Source: a virus. From it: 64,000 nucleotides of DNA. Below are positions 55,535 to 64,000 of this stretch, piece by piece. Positions within the stretch are counted from its first letter, which is position 1. Every line of letters begins with the position of its first letter. The DNA lies in IMG/VR virus record IMGVR_UViG_3300050821_001343, positions 1 through 64,000 of that record. The stretch is one strand, 5' to 3'. The notes below the pieces were generated by a model. That model saw only the letters and a list, made by a program, of their open reading frames with translations. It was not told where the DNA came from and did no database searches. A program made the position numbers and the translations under genes.

Positions 55535-56662
55535 TTAGTCATCGTACGCTAGGCTCTCGTACTTGGTGAAGTTGTTGACTTGCGCATAGACCTTACGGGT
55601 GAGAATCAAGCGATGCTCTGGCGTCCGATACTCGTAGACTCCCTTCAGACCGTTGAACGATACCAAGTTCTTCGGTTCGAAGTAAACTTCGTCGTATTCC
55701 TCGATAGGTTCTGCCGCCTTCTTGCCCTTGCCCACCTTGGGATGCACACGGTGGATGTACTCGATTCCGAACTGCCGGAACGGGTTAACTCGAACTTCAT
55801 TCTTTTCGTGATCCAGACGGACAAGTTCCTTTCCATTGAGAAGTTCAAACTGGGCCGTGTAAGTCTCGCTCCATTGCTGCGACATCTTGACATTAAGCAT
55901 TTCCATCGCCTTGACTGGAGTCTCATCGTAGCGATTGCACTCTTCTACGATGGCTTGTAGAATGTCGAAGCTAATTGGGTTGACCATGGAAGCGATTACG
56001 CCAAGGTTGCTTAAGTTCGCCTTGTTCTTGAGATTCTCCTTGCCATACTCCAAGATGAAGTCTCGGCTCAAACCGATGAACTCAAGCGAGTAGTACAAGC
56101 GTCCCGGACGATTCTGAAGATGATCGTTGATCCCGAGATAGTTGTTAGTGGTCAAGACTAGCAGCTTCGTGGTTGTGAAGAATCCATCGAACAGTGTCAA
56201 AAGACCTTGTTGATCGTCTTTGGTATACACCTTCTCGAACTCATCGAACAGAATAATGCAGGGCTGCGTGATGGACTGGAGAAACGTATTAAATGCGTCT
56301 CCGGTGTAACTGTTGTTGACAATCAGAGTCGGATAGCCGCGAGTGAGCCCTTCGATGGATAGCTTCTTTGCCAGTAAGGTCTTTCCGCTTCCCTTCTCGC
56401 CGCTCAGAAGCACGCCCGTGCTCTTGTGCTTACGATCCTCGAACGTGTTCAAGATGCGATCAGCCTTGTCGATCACGTCGCCGTAAAGACGGCTCGGCAA
56501 TTCGAAGTCGGGAGCGATTCTCAAGAAGAACCCAATTCCCGGTGCCGCATCGACGAGATATGTGCCAACGGGAAGCTTGGAAAAACGCTGTCCCGGATTG
56601 TCTGCGCCAAGCATGAAAATGTCCTCACGCCTGAAAAATGTTGGTGCCTGTGGTTGACTCAT
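55535..56662 (-). CDS. AAA+ ATPase
   Basis: GEKGSGKT Walker A; ILFDEFEK Walker B; NRPGR Arg finger. Confidence 0.9.
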   Translation of the reverse strand: MSQPQAPTFFRREDIFMLGADNPGQRFSKLPVGTYLVDAAPGIGFFLRIAPDFELPSRLYGDVIDKADRILNTFEDRKHKSTGVLLSGEKGSGKTLLAKKLSIEGLTRGYPTLIVNNSYTGDAFNTFLQSITQPCIILFDEFEKVYTKDDQQGLLTLFDGFFTTTKLLVLTTNNYLGINDHLQNRPGRLYYSLEFIGLSRDFILEYGKENLKNKANLSNLGVIASMVNPISFDILQAIVEECNRYDETPVKAMEMLNVKMSQQWSETYTAQFELLNGKELVRLDHEKNEVRVNPFRQFGIEYIHRVHPKVGKGKKAAEPIEEYDEVYFEPKNLVSFNGLKGVYEYRTPEHRLILTRKVYAQVNNFTKYESLAYDD

Positions 56663-56684
56663 TTCAATTCCTTTCGTTGATCGG

Positions 56685-56915
56685 TTAGATGTGCTTTACT
56701 GTTAATCCAAGCGCGCGTAGTGCGGCCTCTTGTATGGTCAGTTCCCCTTTAGGATTAATCCAACAAATGGATCGGTCCTTCTGTGATGCCAATGGTGATC
56801 CTACAATTGATCCGGTAAGAATCCCGTTGCAATCGCATTGTCCGACCCTCAGCTTCAAGGACAACTCTGGTTCATGCTCCTTTGGAGTTGGTGCTCCTAC
56901 TGTGATCTTCATCAT
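56685..56915 (-). CDS. hypothetical protein
   Basis: ATGA overlap; GGAGG RBS. Confidence 0.55.
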   Translation of the reverse strand: MMKITVGAPTPKEHEPELSLKLRVGQCDCNGILTGSIVGSPLASQKDRSICWINPKGELTIQEAALRALGLTVKHI

Positions 56916-58411
56916 CCCTCCAGCAATCTCTTACGAATTTCCGTTACGTTTTCGTAGCGGTGCATTTCCCCGTTCTTGAATACAGGCTTGTACAGACCTT
57001 CTTTTTCTTGCTCCTCGGTCTGATTTTCATATAGTACAAAGTTACCGTGCTCCTTCTCAACTCGCAGTAACCCACGGGCCGAATTCTTCATTCCGGTATC
57101 GGTCTTAGGCTGCTTGAATAGGGGCAACTTCTTTCCGTTTACCTGTCCCCATGTTGCCTTGATTGCTGTCCCAAGGCTGTCACGGGTCACGTAGTTGTAT
57201 GTGTAGCTCCCTATTCCGAACACGATGTTAGATGACGCGAATCCTTTAGCCTTCAGGCCCTCTAGGATTGCTTCTGCACGTGCCAGCGAGATACTATCGC
57301 CGTAGATCAGACCTACGTGGGGGTCAAGTTCTTTATAGCCCTTCTCGTTGATTGTCCCGCCAAACTCGTCCCAGAGACATTCGACTGCGCCTTTGAATTC
57401 TGGTAATTGCCAGTCATATCCATACTGGTCATCACCCACGATGATCTTTACAGGATCACCACTGTCCGGCCTGAAGACAACCTTACCATCCCGGCTCACA
57501 ATTTCATTGTGCAACTCGTGCGTGAATTCAGTCAGCACCTTCCAAAAGTCCCACGTATCAGATACGATGCTAACGATTCCTTCTGGATAGACTTTGTTAA
57601 TCAACCTACGGAAAGTATTAATCTCCGTTTCTTCCCCACCCATGCACATCACTGAGTGTTCTGTTGCCGGTACACTGCCGCCAAGGAACGTGTCTGCTCC
57701 AAAGTAGTAGTCTTCCAGCAAATCCAGTGCGACAATCGTGTCGGTTCCTGTGAAACTCAACAGGTGCGCAGCCCCGGACGTTGCCGCGTCTTCAATCCCG
57801 CTCATACCACGGAAGGAGAAATCATGTCCCTGCCATGGTACGAATGCTTTGGGAGCACCAGTCTTATCCGCATAGTAGTCGAACATGCGCCGGTACTCAT
57901 ACGCCGTGGTTGCGGACGTAATCATTTTCCAGATTTCAGCAGACAACTGCGTTTCAATATAGTTTGTCAGCCAGCCGAAATCCTGATGTGTGTTTTGGAT
58001 CGTAAAGACCGGAACACGAATGTCTACTCTGGACCCTTCAGGTAGAGCCTTGATAAGCAATGGAAGGTAACCAAGGTCGTGCAGCTTTTCAATATGCTCC
58101 GTTGAAACCTTGTCACGACCAAGAGCAAGGTCCATACGCCGCTTGTACCGGGCAACAACCTTCTCCTTTGGTTCGTTGAAGAAGTTTGCTTCCCACGTGT
58201 CAATCAGCATGTTCTGGCAGAAGTATTGCAGGCCAAAGAACACCACTTTGTTGTCGAACCCACGGACCTCACCATCAATGCCGTTCCAATGCTGGAATAG
58301 CTTACCTGACCGGCAGGTAAAGTTCGAATATACCTTTTCGGTCTTGACCGGGTACTGTGCGTAGTGCCCGGTCTTGTAGAAGTCAGTTGCGTGTAGTGGG
58401 AAAATCTTCAT
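56912..58411 (-). CDS. nicotinamide phosphoribosyltransferase-like (Nampt/Namat)
   Basis: TDFYKTGH, HDFSFRG, GTDT, PATEHSV, SDTWD, RPDSGDP, YGDSI and GIGSYT motifs. Confidence 0.92.
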   Translation of the reverse strand: MKIFPLHATDFYKTGHYAQYPVKTEKVYSNFTCRSGKLFQHWNGIDGEVRGFDNKVVFFGLQYFCQNMLIDTWEANFFNEPKEKVVARYKRRMDLALGRDKVSTEHIEKLHDLGYLPLLIKALPEGSRVDIRVPVFTIQNTHQDFGWLTNYIETQLSAEIWKMITSATTAYEYRRMFDYYADKTGAPKAFVPWQGHDFSFRGMSGIEDAATSGAAHLLSFTGTDTIVALDLLEDYYFGADTFLGGSVPATEHSVMCMGGEETEINTFRRLINKVYPEGIVSIVSDTWDFWKVLTEFTHELHNEIVSRDGKVVFRPDSGDPVKIIVGDDQYGYDWQLPEFKGAVECLWDEFGGTINEKGYKELDPHVGLIYGDSISLARAEAILEGLKAKGFASSNIVFGIGSYTYNYVTRDSLGTAIKATWGQVNGKKLPLFKQPKTDTGMKNSARGLLRVEKEHGNFVLYENQTEEQEKEGLYKPVFKNGEMHRYENVTEIRKRLLEG

Positions 58412-59223
58412 ATAATCTCCAATAGAGGGTTAGTTTCGTCCACATTGGGGAACGGAAAGGCTGTGAATACCTTGTTGAAGCAGCCTAGCGGTTCCAGTCC
58501 TTTCGAAAAGATACCATGTGTCACATAAAGATACACATAGGCATCCGTGAGGGGCCGAAGCTTCTTTTCTAGTTCTATGAACGTTCGGCCCCCATCGCAA
58601 ATGTCATCCACTATTAGGAAAGATTTATTCCCAATGTGGTCAGAGTAAACAACCGTATCGGTAATAGCCCCGGTGCTCACGTCTCGAATTTTGTCGGCAC
58701 GGACCATTGGAAGTCCGGTCTTCTGTGATACTTTTAGAACCTTTTTGATTGCTCCTGCATCCGGGGCAACTAACACAACATCTCCGCTAACTCCGACAAG
58801 ACGTTCATTTAAAATATCCTGTACCTCAACATTCTTCACTCGATCAATCAGAGCGAGAGCTACATCACTATGAACATCACAGATTCGGACTACATCGAAT
58901 TTTAGCGAATTGATGAATTGTGCGATGACTGCAAGAGAAAGAGATTCTCCCGGCGCACACACTCTATCCTGTCGTGCGTAGGGTAGATATGGAATGTACA
59001 ATTCGATTTTAATTGACGCACCATATTGACGCCGTAGGGCATCTGTTATCATTGCAAGTTCCATGATCTTGTCCGATGACGTAAGAGCACTAGTAATCGT
59101 AAATGGACGAGTTAAGTCTCCATTGAAGTAAAGAGATGACTCAAGCTTCACGCTTACTTCTCCCCCGGAGAATGTGAAACTCTTGAATGGAATTAATTGT
59201 CCTGAATGCAGAATCGTTGTCAT
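58408..59223 (-). CDS. ribose-phosphate pyrophosphokinase-like (Prs/Adps)
   Basis: FSGGE, PYLPYARQDR, DVHS, PDAGA, VDDICDGGRTF and YVTHG motifs. Confidence 0.92.
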   Translation of the reverse strand: MTTILHSGQLIPFKSFTFSGGEVSVKLESSLYFNGDLTRPFTITSALTSSDKIMELAMITDALRRQYGASIKIELYIPYLPYARQDRVCAPGESLSLAVIAQFINSLKFDVVRICDVHSDVALALIDRVKNVEVQDILNERLVGVSGDVVLVAPDAGAIKKVLKVSQKTGLPMVRADKIRDVSTGAITDTVVYSDHIGNKSFLIVDDICDGGRTFIELEKKLRPLTDAYVYLYVTHGIFSKGLEPLGCFNKVFTAFPFPNVDETNPLLEII

Positions 59224-59230
59224 ATTTACC

Positions 59231-59259
59231 ACTCTACCACGGTTGTGTCCTTTTGTCAA
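59231..59259 (-). promoter_or_regulatory. sigma70-type promoter (leaderless) for the Prs/Nampt pair
   Basis: TTGACA-17-TAGAGT, extended TG, ATG 7 nt downstream. Confidence 0.7.
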
Positions 59260-59267
59260 GGACTATT

Positions 59268-59615
59268 TTACCGATTGTCTCCCTCAGATTTGACTACCCC
59301 ACGTTCCCGGCGATCCGAAAGCTTGGCGATGTTGGCCGTAGCAATTTCCTCTAGAGGAATATTAAGTTCGTTCGCAATGGCCGCGATATACCAAAGAACA
59401 TCTCCGACTTCTTTGATTAGTTCCGTCTTTTGTTCCGGCGTCAAGGTGTTCAAACTTGGAAAGATTCCGCTGTTTCTCCACCATTTCTTTACTTTGTCAG
59501 CGGCCTCTCCGCTTTCCCCCGCCAACCCTAGTGCCGGATAGACAAGATTCTCTCCGATTAACGGGTAACCGGCTGTAGAGACTGCTGCTTTTTCGTATTC
59601 GTCAAATGTCTTCAT
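59268..59615 (-). CDS. MazG-like nucleotide pyrophosphohydrolase
   Basis: LGLAGESGE..KVKK...EVGDVLWY...N..KL..R..RG....GDNR. Confidence 0.9.
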   Translation of the reverse strand: MKTFDEYEKAAVSTAGYPLIGENLVYPALGLAGESGEAADKVKKWWRNSGIFPSLNTLTPEQKTELIKEVGDVLWYIAAIANELNIPLEEIATANIAKLSDRRERGVVKSEGDNR

Positions 59616-60457
59616 TTCTCTCCTTGTAAATTACAGAGGCAGGTTCCGTACAGCGGGGTCCTTACTTTGAATCCAGCGGCATGTTTATGACCGCCCCCGC
59701 CAAGCTTCTTGGCAATTTCCGACACATCAAGTCCATTTTCATCTGATCGAAGACTGTACACAAAGCCTTCTCCATCATAATAGAACGTCGAAGCAAAGGG
59801 TTCTCCTTTGGCTAGCAAGTTTCCCATATCACTTGAGAACGTATACGGTACGTTTACTGTCCACACATTATGCCCGTATATATCAATGCGGAACTTGTTG
59901 GCTGATAATTCGAGTGTATCTTTGGCCTTTGCTGCAAGAATCGCGGCCCCTGCGTCAGCTACTTTTGTGAATTGGAATGACACGTCTTCACTGAAACGAT
60001 TCCAATTTTCAAAAGTGTAGTCAAGGCTAAATCCATAAGCAGAAACAACTCCGGTAGCTTTCAACTTAAAACGCCATAAATCCCTATCCTCCACAAATTC
60101 TACAAGATGTGGAACTTTGTCGCTAGGGTGAAAGTATTCCCAAGTAATCCGTGCGCCGGATTTCTCCATGTTAAAATGTACGGACACATTTGGTGCAAGT
60201 TCGCCAGCAAGGTCCGATTCAGCCGTTTTATGGTGATCCAGAATAACAATGTGCTCGGCTGTCAATGCCATGCCTAGAATAACAGATCGCTTATAGCTGA
60301 AATCAACCATATATACTCGACGGCCCGTAACATCCGGGGGAGGGTCACCGTGTTTTGCGGGGTAAAACTCCCAGTCAGGATGTGATTTCCATACAGCCCA
60401 TGCTGCTGTAAATCCGTCTTGACAGTTGCCGTGATAAATTACCAAAGGTTTAGTCAT
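59612..60457 (-). CDS. DHH/DHHA1 phosphoesterase
   Basis: YH.NC.DG, VDFS, LDHH, DRDLW, SLRS and GGGH..AAG motifs. Confidence 0.9.
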   Translation of the reverse strand: MTKPLVIYHGNCQDGFTAAWAVWKSHPDWEFYPAKHGDPPPDVTGRRVYMVDFSYKRSVILGMALTAEHIVILDHHKTAESDLAGELAPNVSVHFNMEKSGARITWEYFHPSDKVPHLVEFVEDRDLWRFKLKATGVVSAYGFSLDYTFENWNRFSEDVSFQFTKVADAGAAILAAKAKDTLELSANKFRIDIYGHNVWTVNVPYTFSSDMGNLLAKGEPFASTFYYDGEGFVYSLRSDENGLDVSEIAKKLGGGGHKHAAGFKVRTPLYGTCLCNLQGEK

Positions 60458-60659
60458 TTCTCTCCTTTGTTGACAGGTAAACGGCCAGCCACCAAATCGC
60501 TGTGACAAATACGTTTACAAATGGTATGCTACTTATAAGCAGGTTGAACACCATCTCTCCGGTACTTGCGCAGCCGTCCTTCCTGTCGGCAGCTTGTAAA
60601 AACAGGAAGCTACCAAAAAAACTTCCAACCCACGCTAGCCCAAATAAAAATATGCTCAT
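60450..60659 (-). CDS. small membrane protein
   Basis: two hydrophobic segments. Confidence 0.6.
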   Translation of the reverse strand: MSIFLFGLAWVGSFFGSFLFLQAADRKDGCASTGEMVFNLLISSIPFVNVFVTAIWWLAVYLSTKERND

Positions 60660-60814
60660 AGTCCCCTCACCTGTTCTAGCAAGTCCGCGACCGCTTCCTC
60701 AAAAGTATCGCCCAAACCCTCGATTGGATCATACATGGCTCCCATACCGTCAATAGTCAGATGGTATTCGTCGTCGTTCACATAGATTCGTATGTTACCT
60801 TCAAGTGTTAGCAA
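60656..60814 (-). CDS. small hypothetical protein (G.GDTFEEA motif)
   Basis: TTG start after GGGG; start uncertain. Confidence 0.45.
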   Translation of the reverse strand: MLTLEGNIRIYVNDDEYHLTIDGMGAMYDPIEGLGDTFEEAVADLLEQVRGL

Positions 60815-61133
60815 GTGGTGTCCCCCTTCCGCCTTCAATAGATGCCGGGTCCTTGGGAACTGAATTGACTACTCGATATACGGAGTATTCCAAGTCTCGA
60901 TCTGTCAACCCGTACATCGAATCCAGTGTTGCTTTCAGAACCTCGGCGGCTGTGTAAAATTTAATTAGCCGTTCCTTATCATCTTTTGAGTAGACCCCAC
61001 GCTTTCTCATGATCTGGAAACACGCATCGAGGGATTCCAGATAGTCACGGAGATGTTCTTCGCGGGTGCCTATGTCTTCAAGCTTGGGTTCCGGCTTCGG
61101 TTCCCGTATCGGTTGCTCCGGTACTTGCTCCAT
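60801..61133 (-). CDS. hypothetical protein
   Basis: GGAGG RBS. Confidence 0.65.
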   Translation of the reverse strand: MEQVPEQPIREPKPEPKLEDIGTREEHLRDYLESLDACFQIMRKRGVYSKDDKERLIKFYTAAEVLKATLDSMYGLTDRDLEYSVYRVVNSVPKDPASIEGGRGTPLANT

Positions 61134-61386
61134 TTGGTTCCTCCCTCTTGAATTTGGAACGCGTTACTTTGCACGGTTGCTCACACTGACCGCACCGCCA
61201 GCTACCAAGCGGAGACTCACTAAACTTGTTCTCAGCTTTGTCCTCTGATTTCCGCGTGCAGGCGGGTTTCTTGGCCTGTACCTTGCAACACACACTTGTG
61301 TACAAGAATACTGGGTCCTGTGGCTTTGACGCTGGCACATGCTTCTTGTGCCGTGCGTTCCGGTTTTTCTTATTCTGGTTTCCCAC
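61078..61386 (-). CDS. Zn-finger protein (SxCC...CxxC...C)
   Basis: GTG start after AAGGG; SVCC...WRCGQCEQPC. Confidence 0.6.
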   Translation of the reverse strand: MGNQNKKNRNARHKKHVPASKPQDPVFLYTSVCCKVQAKKPACTRKSEDKAENKFSESPLGSWRCGQCEQPCKVTRSKFKREEPNGASTGATDTGTEAGTQA

Positions 61387-61397
61387 GTCTATCCCTT

Positions 61398-61757
61398 TCA
61401 GTTGCAGTCTGTGAATCCCCACTCCCGTTGCTTAGGCCCGGTCATAACTAATGACCATGATTTTCCATACGGGGTGATAATATTGTGCTTGAACGCTGCT
61501 GGTCTATAAAGCAAGCTACCAGCCCTTCTCCTGTCAAAATGCTTATCACTCTCTTCCAAGTAACCATTCCACAGAATCAAAGTCCAAAACCACCACGGAT
61601 GATCGTGACAGTGTGGATGCCACTCTGGTGCAGTCAGTTCATGCAGATAGAGGTTGAACCATCTGGACTTGATGAGAGTGTATCTGTAAAACACTTCACC
61701 CAGTTCAGTCCAGCCAATCTCTTTCCACGGAAGAAACTTACGCAGTAATTTGACCAT
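61398..61757 (-). CDS. cupin-like protein
   Basis: YLH...HDHPW...L..GY.E...R.A..KH. Confidence 0.75.
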   Translation of the reverse strand: MVKLLRKFLPWKEIGWTELGEVFYRYTLIKSRWFNLYLHELTAPEWHPHCHDHPWWFWTLILWNGYLEESDKHFDRRRAGSLLYRPAAFKHNIITPYGKSWSLVMTGPKQREWGFTDCN

Positions 61758-61758
61758 T

Positions 61759-62007
61759 TTACACCGTCAACAGTAACTTGGTTCCCTTGGGTAATGGAGT
61801 GCATCTCCAGCCCATCTTGCTGGCAGTCGAATGACTTAAGTGCTCACTCTGTCCAAGACTGGGCCAGATTTTCAGATACCCTCCAATGGTGTTCTTCCAA
61901 ACCAGTAGACTCGAATCTCCATCTATCATTGCCAAAGTATCGGAATCGAGTTCCTCCAGAGAATAGGTTGCTTTAACAGAAGGGTCCTTTTGTAATTCTA
62001 TTTTCAT
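61759..62007 (-). CDS. hypothetical protein
   Basis: ATGA overlap with recA. Confidence 0.6.
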   Translation of the reverse strand: MKIELQKDPSVKATYSLEELDSDTLAMIDGDSSLLVWKNTIGGYLKIWPSLGQSEHLSHSTASKMGWRCTPLPKGTKLLLTV

Positions 62008-63101
62008 TTGTCCGCCTTTCGGATTTCGGTCACCTTGTCGGTGACGGCCTTCCTCAACTCTGAATCCAGCCTAACACACTCTATGACATTTGTCAAGCCC
62101 TGTGCAAGCTTTTTTTCACCAAAACTATAGTAACCGTTGTTGGTCTTGTCCAAGGCTCCTACCTTCACTGCATATTCGATGAAGTCAGTTTCCTTTTCGA
62201 TTCCTAATCCGTACATCAATCGCACAGTGGTTGACCGCATTGGAGAGCCTACCTTGTTCTTTACAGCTTTAATCTCCAACTCGTGGCCCAATGGTGCATC
62301 CTTCTCACCGATAATAGCTCTACGGCGCACATCAAGACGAACACTGGCGAAGAACTTTAGAGCACGTCCCCCAGTGGTCACTTCCGGCGATCCGAACATG
62401 ACGCCGATCTTCTCACGAATCTGGTTAATGAAGACAATTGTGATACCATTCGCTGACGCCTTGCCACGAAGCTTGCGCATAGCTTGAGACATAAGACGGG
62501 CATGTAGGCCCATATTGGAGTCTCCCATTTCTCCCTCTAGCTCCGCACGGGGCACCAGAGCGGCCACAGAGTCAACGATGATGAGACTGACAGCCTTGGA
62601 GTCAATCAGAGCCTCCACAGTCTCTAGAGCCTGTTCTCCGCTGTCCGGCTGTGCAATCAGCAGTTCGTTCACATTTACACCAAGCTTGGCCGCGTAATTA
62701 ATATCGAGCGCGTGCTCGGCGTCCACGTATGCACAAATACTATCCGTAGCCTGTTGCTCACAGGCAACTAGATGCAGACAGAACGTTGTCTTACCAGATG
62801 ACTCAGGACCATAAACTTCAATGATCCGGCCTCTAGGGATTCCACCACACTCAAGAACTCCATAATCAAGTGATGGAAGTTGTGTACTAATGACAGGAAT
62901 ATCCAGACCTAGACGTTTGCCTAGAATCTGGATTGATCCTGTCGTGTCGAATTGTTTGTTGAGAGACTTCTCTAACAGCCTAAGCTGCTCAAATCGGTCT
63001 GCCTTGGTTGCTGCTTTTGGTGCCTCGGTTTTACCTGCTTTGGCTTTTGGGGCCGCGTCTGCCCCGGCATGTGCCGCAGCTAGGTCTGATAGTACACTCA
63101 T
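62004..63101 (-). CDS. recA: RecA recombinase
   Basis: GPESSGKT, DAEHALD, DSVAALVPRAE, ARLMSQAMRKL and TTGGRALKF motifs. Confidence 0.97.
   Translation of the reverse strand: MSVLSDLAAAHAGADAAPKAKAGKTEAPKAATKADRFEQLRLLEKSLNKQFDTTGSIQILGKRLGLDIPVISTQLPSLDYGVLECGGIPRGRIIEVYGPESSGKTTFCLHLVACEQQATDSICAYVDAEHALDINYAAKLGVNVNELLIAQPDSGEQALETVEALIDSKAVSLIIVDSVAALVPRAELEGEMGDSNMGLHARLMSQAMRKLRGKASANGITIVFINQIREKIGVMFGSPEVTTGGRALKFFASVRLDVRRRAIIGEKDAPLGHELEIKAVKNKVGSPMRSTTVRLMYGLGIEKETDFIEYAVKVGALDKTNNGYYSFGEKKLAQGLTNVIECVRLDSELRKAVTDKVTEIRKADK
62068..62096 (-). promoter_or_regulatory. possible internal sigma70 promoter
   Basis: TTGACA-17-TAGGCT with extended TG, inside the recA 3' end. Confidence 0.5.
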
Positions 63102-63325
63102 CTGTCCCTCAATAGTTGTGTTTGAAAAATTTCCACGTATCTCGGCTGCGTCGGTCTAGTTTTAGCCAATCGAGAATGAAAGAAAAATCGTACAGCTTCT
63201 TCATGGTCTTCGAAAAAATCTGTAGTCATACTGTCTTCCCAATGCGAGGAAACAGCCCATCCGTTTACAACCTTAATCGGTGGTAGTCTGTACTTCTGGG
63301 TTTTGATCTGTTGATCCCAACTCAT
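63098..63325 (-). CDS. hypothetical protein
   Basis: AGGAG RBS; ATGA overlap. Confidence 0.55.
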   Translation of the reverse strand: MSWDQQIKTQKYRLPPIKVVNGWAVSSHWEDSMTTDFFEDHEEAVRFFFHSRLAKTRPTQPRYVEIFQTQLLRDR

Positions 63326-63728
63326 TTTGCTCCTGTTCTTTTTGCTGCTCTGCTTGTTGCTTCCACTGTGCGACGGTGGACATGAATTGTAACCAGCGGC
63401 GGAAGAACTTCTCTCCCTGAAGTGCTACTATGATGTTGTCTTCATTCTTTACGTGCATCTCATCAAGCTGCTGGACTATCTTTCCGTTGTTGTTGAACCA
63501 TGCAAACCAGCAGGTTTGGCAATTGCGCTGTCTGGGTTGCTTGTGCAGGTTCAATCGGTGACCGCATCCCGCTACACGTGGATGGCGAACGGTCACGTAT
63601 AGTTTACGCAGCTTTCGCGCTTCAGCGGGTGTAGGTGGTTTTTGATCAGTTGTGTCAATTAGCTCGTAGTGTTCTGCTGTCGGCTCCTCTGGCTTTACCT
63701 GCTCAATGGATTCGGTTGGCTCGTTCAT
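63273..63728 (-). CDS. hypothetical protein with CGH...CxxC
   Basis: GGAG RBS; ATGA overlap. Confidence 0.7.
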   Translation of the reverse strand: MNEPTESIEQVKPEEPTAEHYELIDTTDQKPPTPAEARKLRKLYVTVRHPRVAGCGHRLNLHKQPRQRNCQTCWFAWFNNNGKIVQQLDEMHVKNEDNIIVALQGEKFFRRWLQFMSTVAQWKQQAEQQKEQEQNELGSTDQNPEVQTTTD

Positions 63729-63970
63729 GCTCCCTCCTCAGCAACATTATTCCAATTATCCAGAACCAGCTTTACTATAACCTTTGGGTCCAACGGCTCT
63801 CTGCTGATAAATGGAACTATTCCTTCGGCTTCATATTCAATTAAACGTTGCTCTAACGGTGTCAGCTTCGGCTCAATAAAACCGTATTTCTGAAGTAGCT
63901 GCTCTTTTTCTACTGCGTTAGCTGCTTCCTTAATCTCGGTAACAGCAAGGTCCAACTTTGTGTCTTTCAT
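63725..63970 (-). CDS. hypothetical protein
   Basis: AAGGA RBS. Confidence 0.6.
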   Translation of the reverse strand: MKDTKLDLAVTEIKEAANAVEKEQLLQKYGFIEPKLTPLEQRLIEYEAEGIVPFISREPLDPKVIVKLVLDNWNNVAEEGA

Positions 63971-64000
63971 GGTAATCCTTTCATTGTTTGGTTACGGTGA

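Noticed and set aside
49007-59615. Z-genome (PurZ/DatZ/MazZ) system suggested by DUF5664 and MazG
   Set aside because: No PurZ or HD-domain DatZ in the window; both families are widespread on their own.
1-64000. CRISPR array, DGR or retron
   Set aside because: No regularly spaced repeat array, cas gene or reverse transcriptase was seen.
1-64000. Stop-codon reassignment
   Set aside because: Core genes are intact under the standard code, all three stop codons end genes, and no suppressor tRNA was found.

Overview
A 64-kb segment of a dsDNA tailed phage genome, probably podovirus-like: there are ejection proteins and a nozzle-type tail protein, but no tape measure or sheath is seen. Genes fall in three blocks. 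(1) 1-11.5 kb, minus strand: accessory genes, two metallophosphoesterases, six tRNAs, an HNH endonuclease, a circularly permuted two-piece tmRNA and a family A DNA polymerase. (2) 11.5-55.3 kb, plus strand: RNase H, a ~500-nt highly structured non-coding region, HNH, JAB/MPN protease, phosphatase, terminase, portal, scaffold, capsid, tail/fibre and ejection genes, lysis genes, eight more tRNAs, a release-factor-like protein with GGS instead of GGQ, and a class II RNR. (3) 55.3-64 kb, minus strand: AAA ATPase, a Prs-like plus Nampt-like pair (NARP1-type NAD+ reconstitution), MazG, DHH phosphoesterase and RecA. Most notable are the permuted tmRNA with a pseudoknotted intervening RNA, several large structured intergenic RNAs, Cys-paired tail-fibre/Kelch/FN3 proteins carrying Sec signal peptides, and sigma70 promoters that would give leaderless mRNAs. 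All calls come from motif recognition and manual base-pairing; no searches or folding programs were run.
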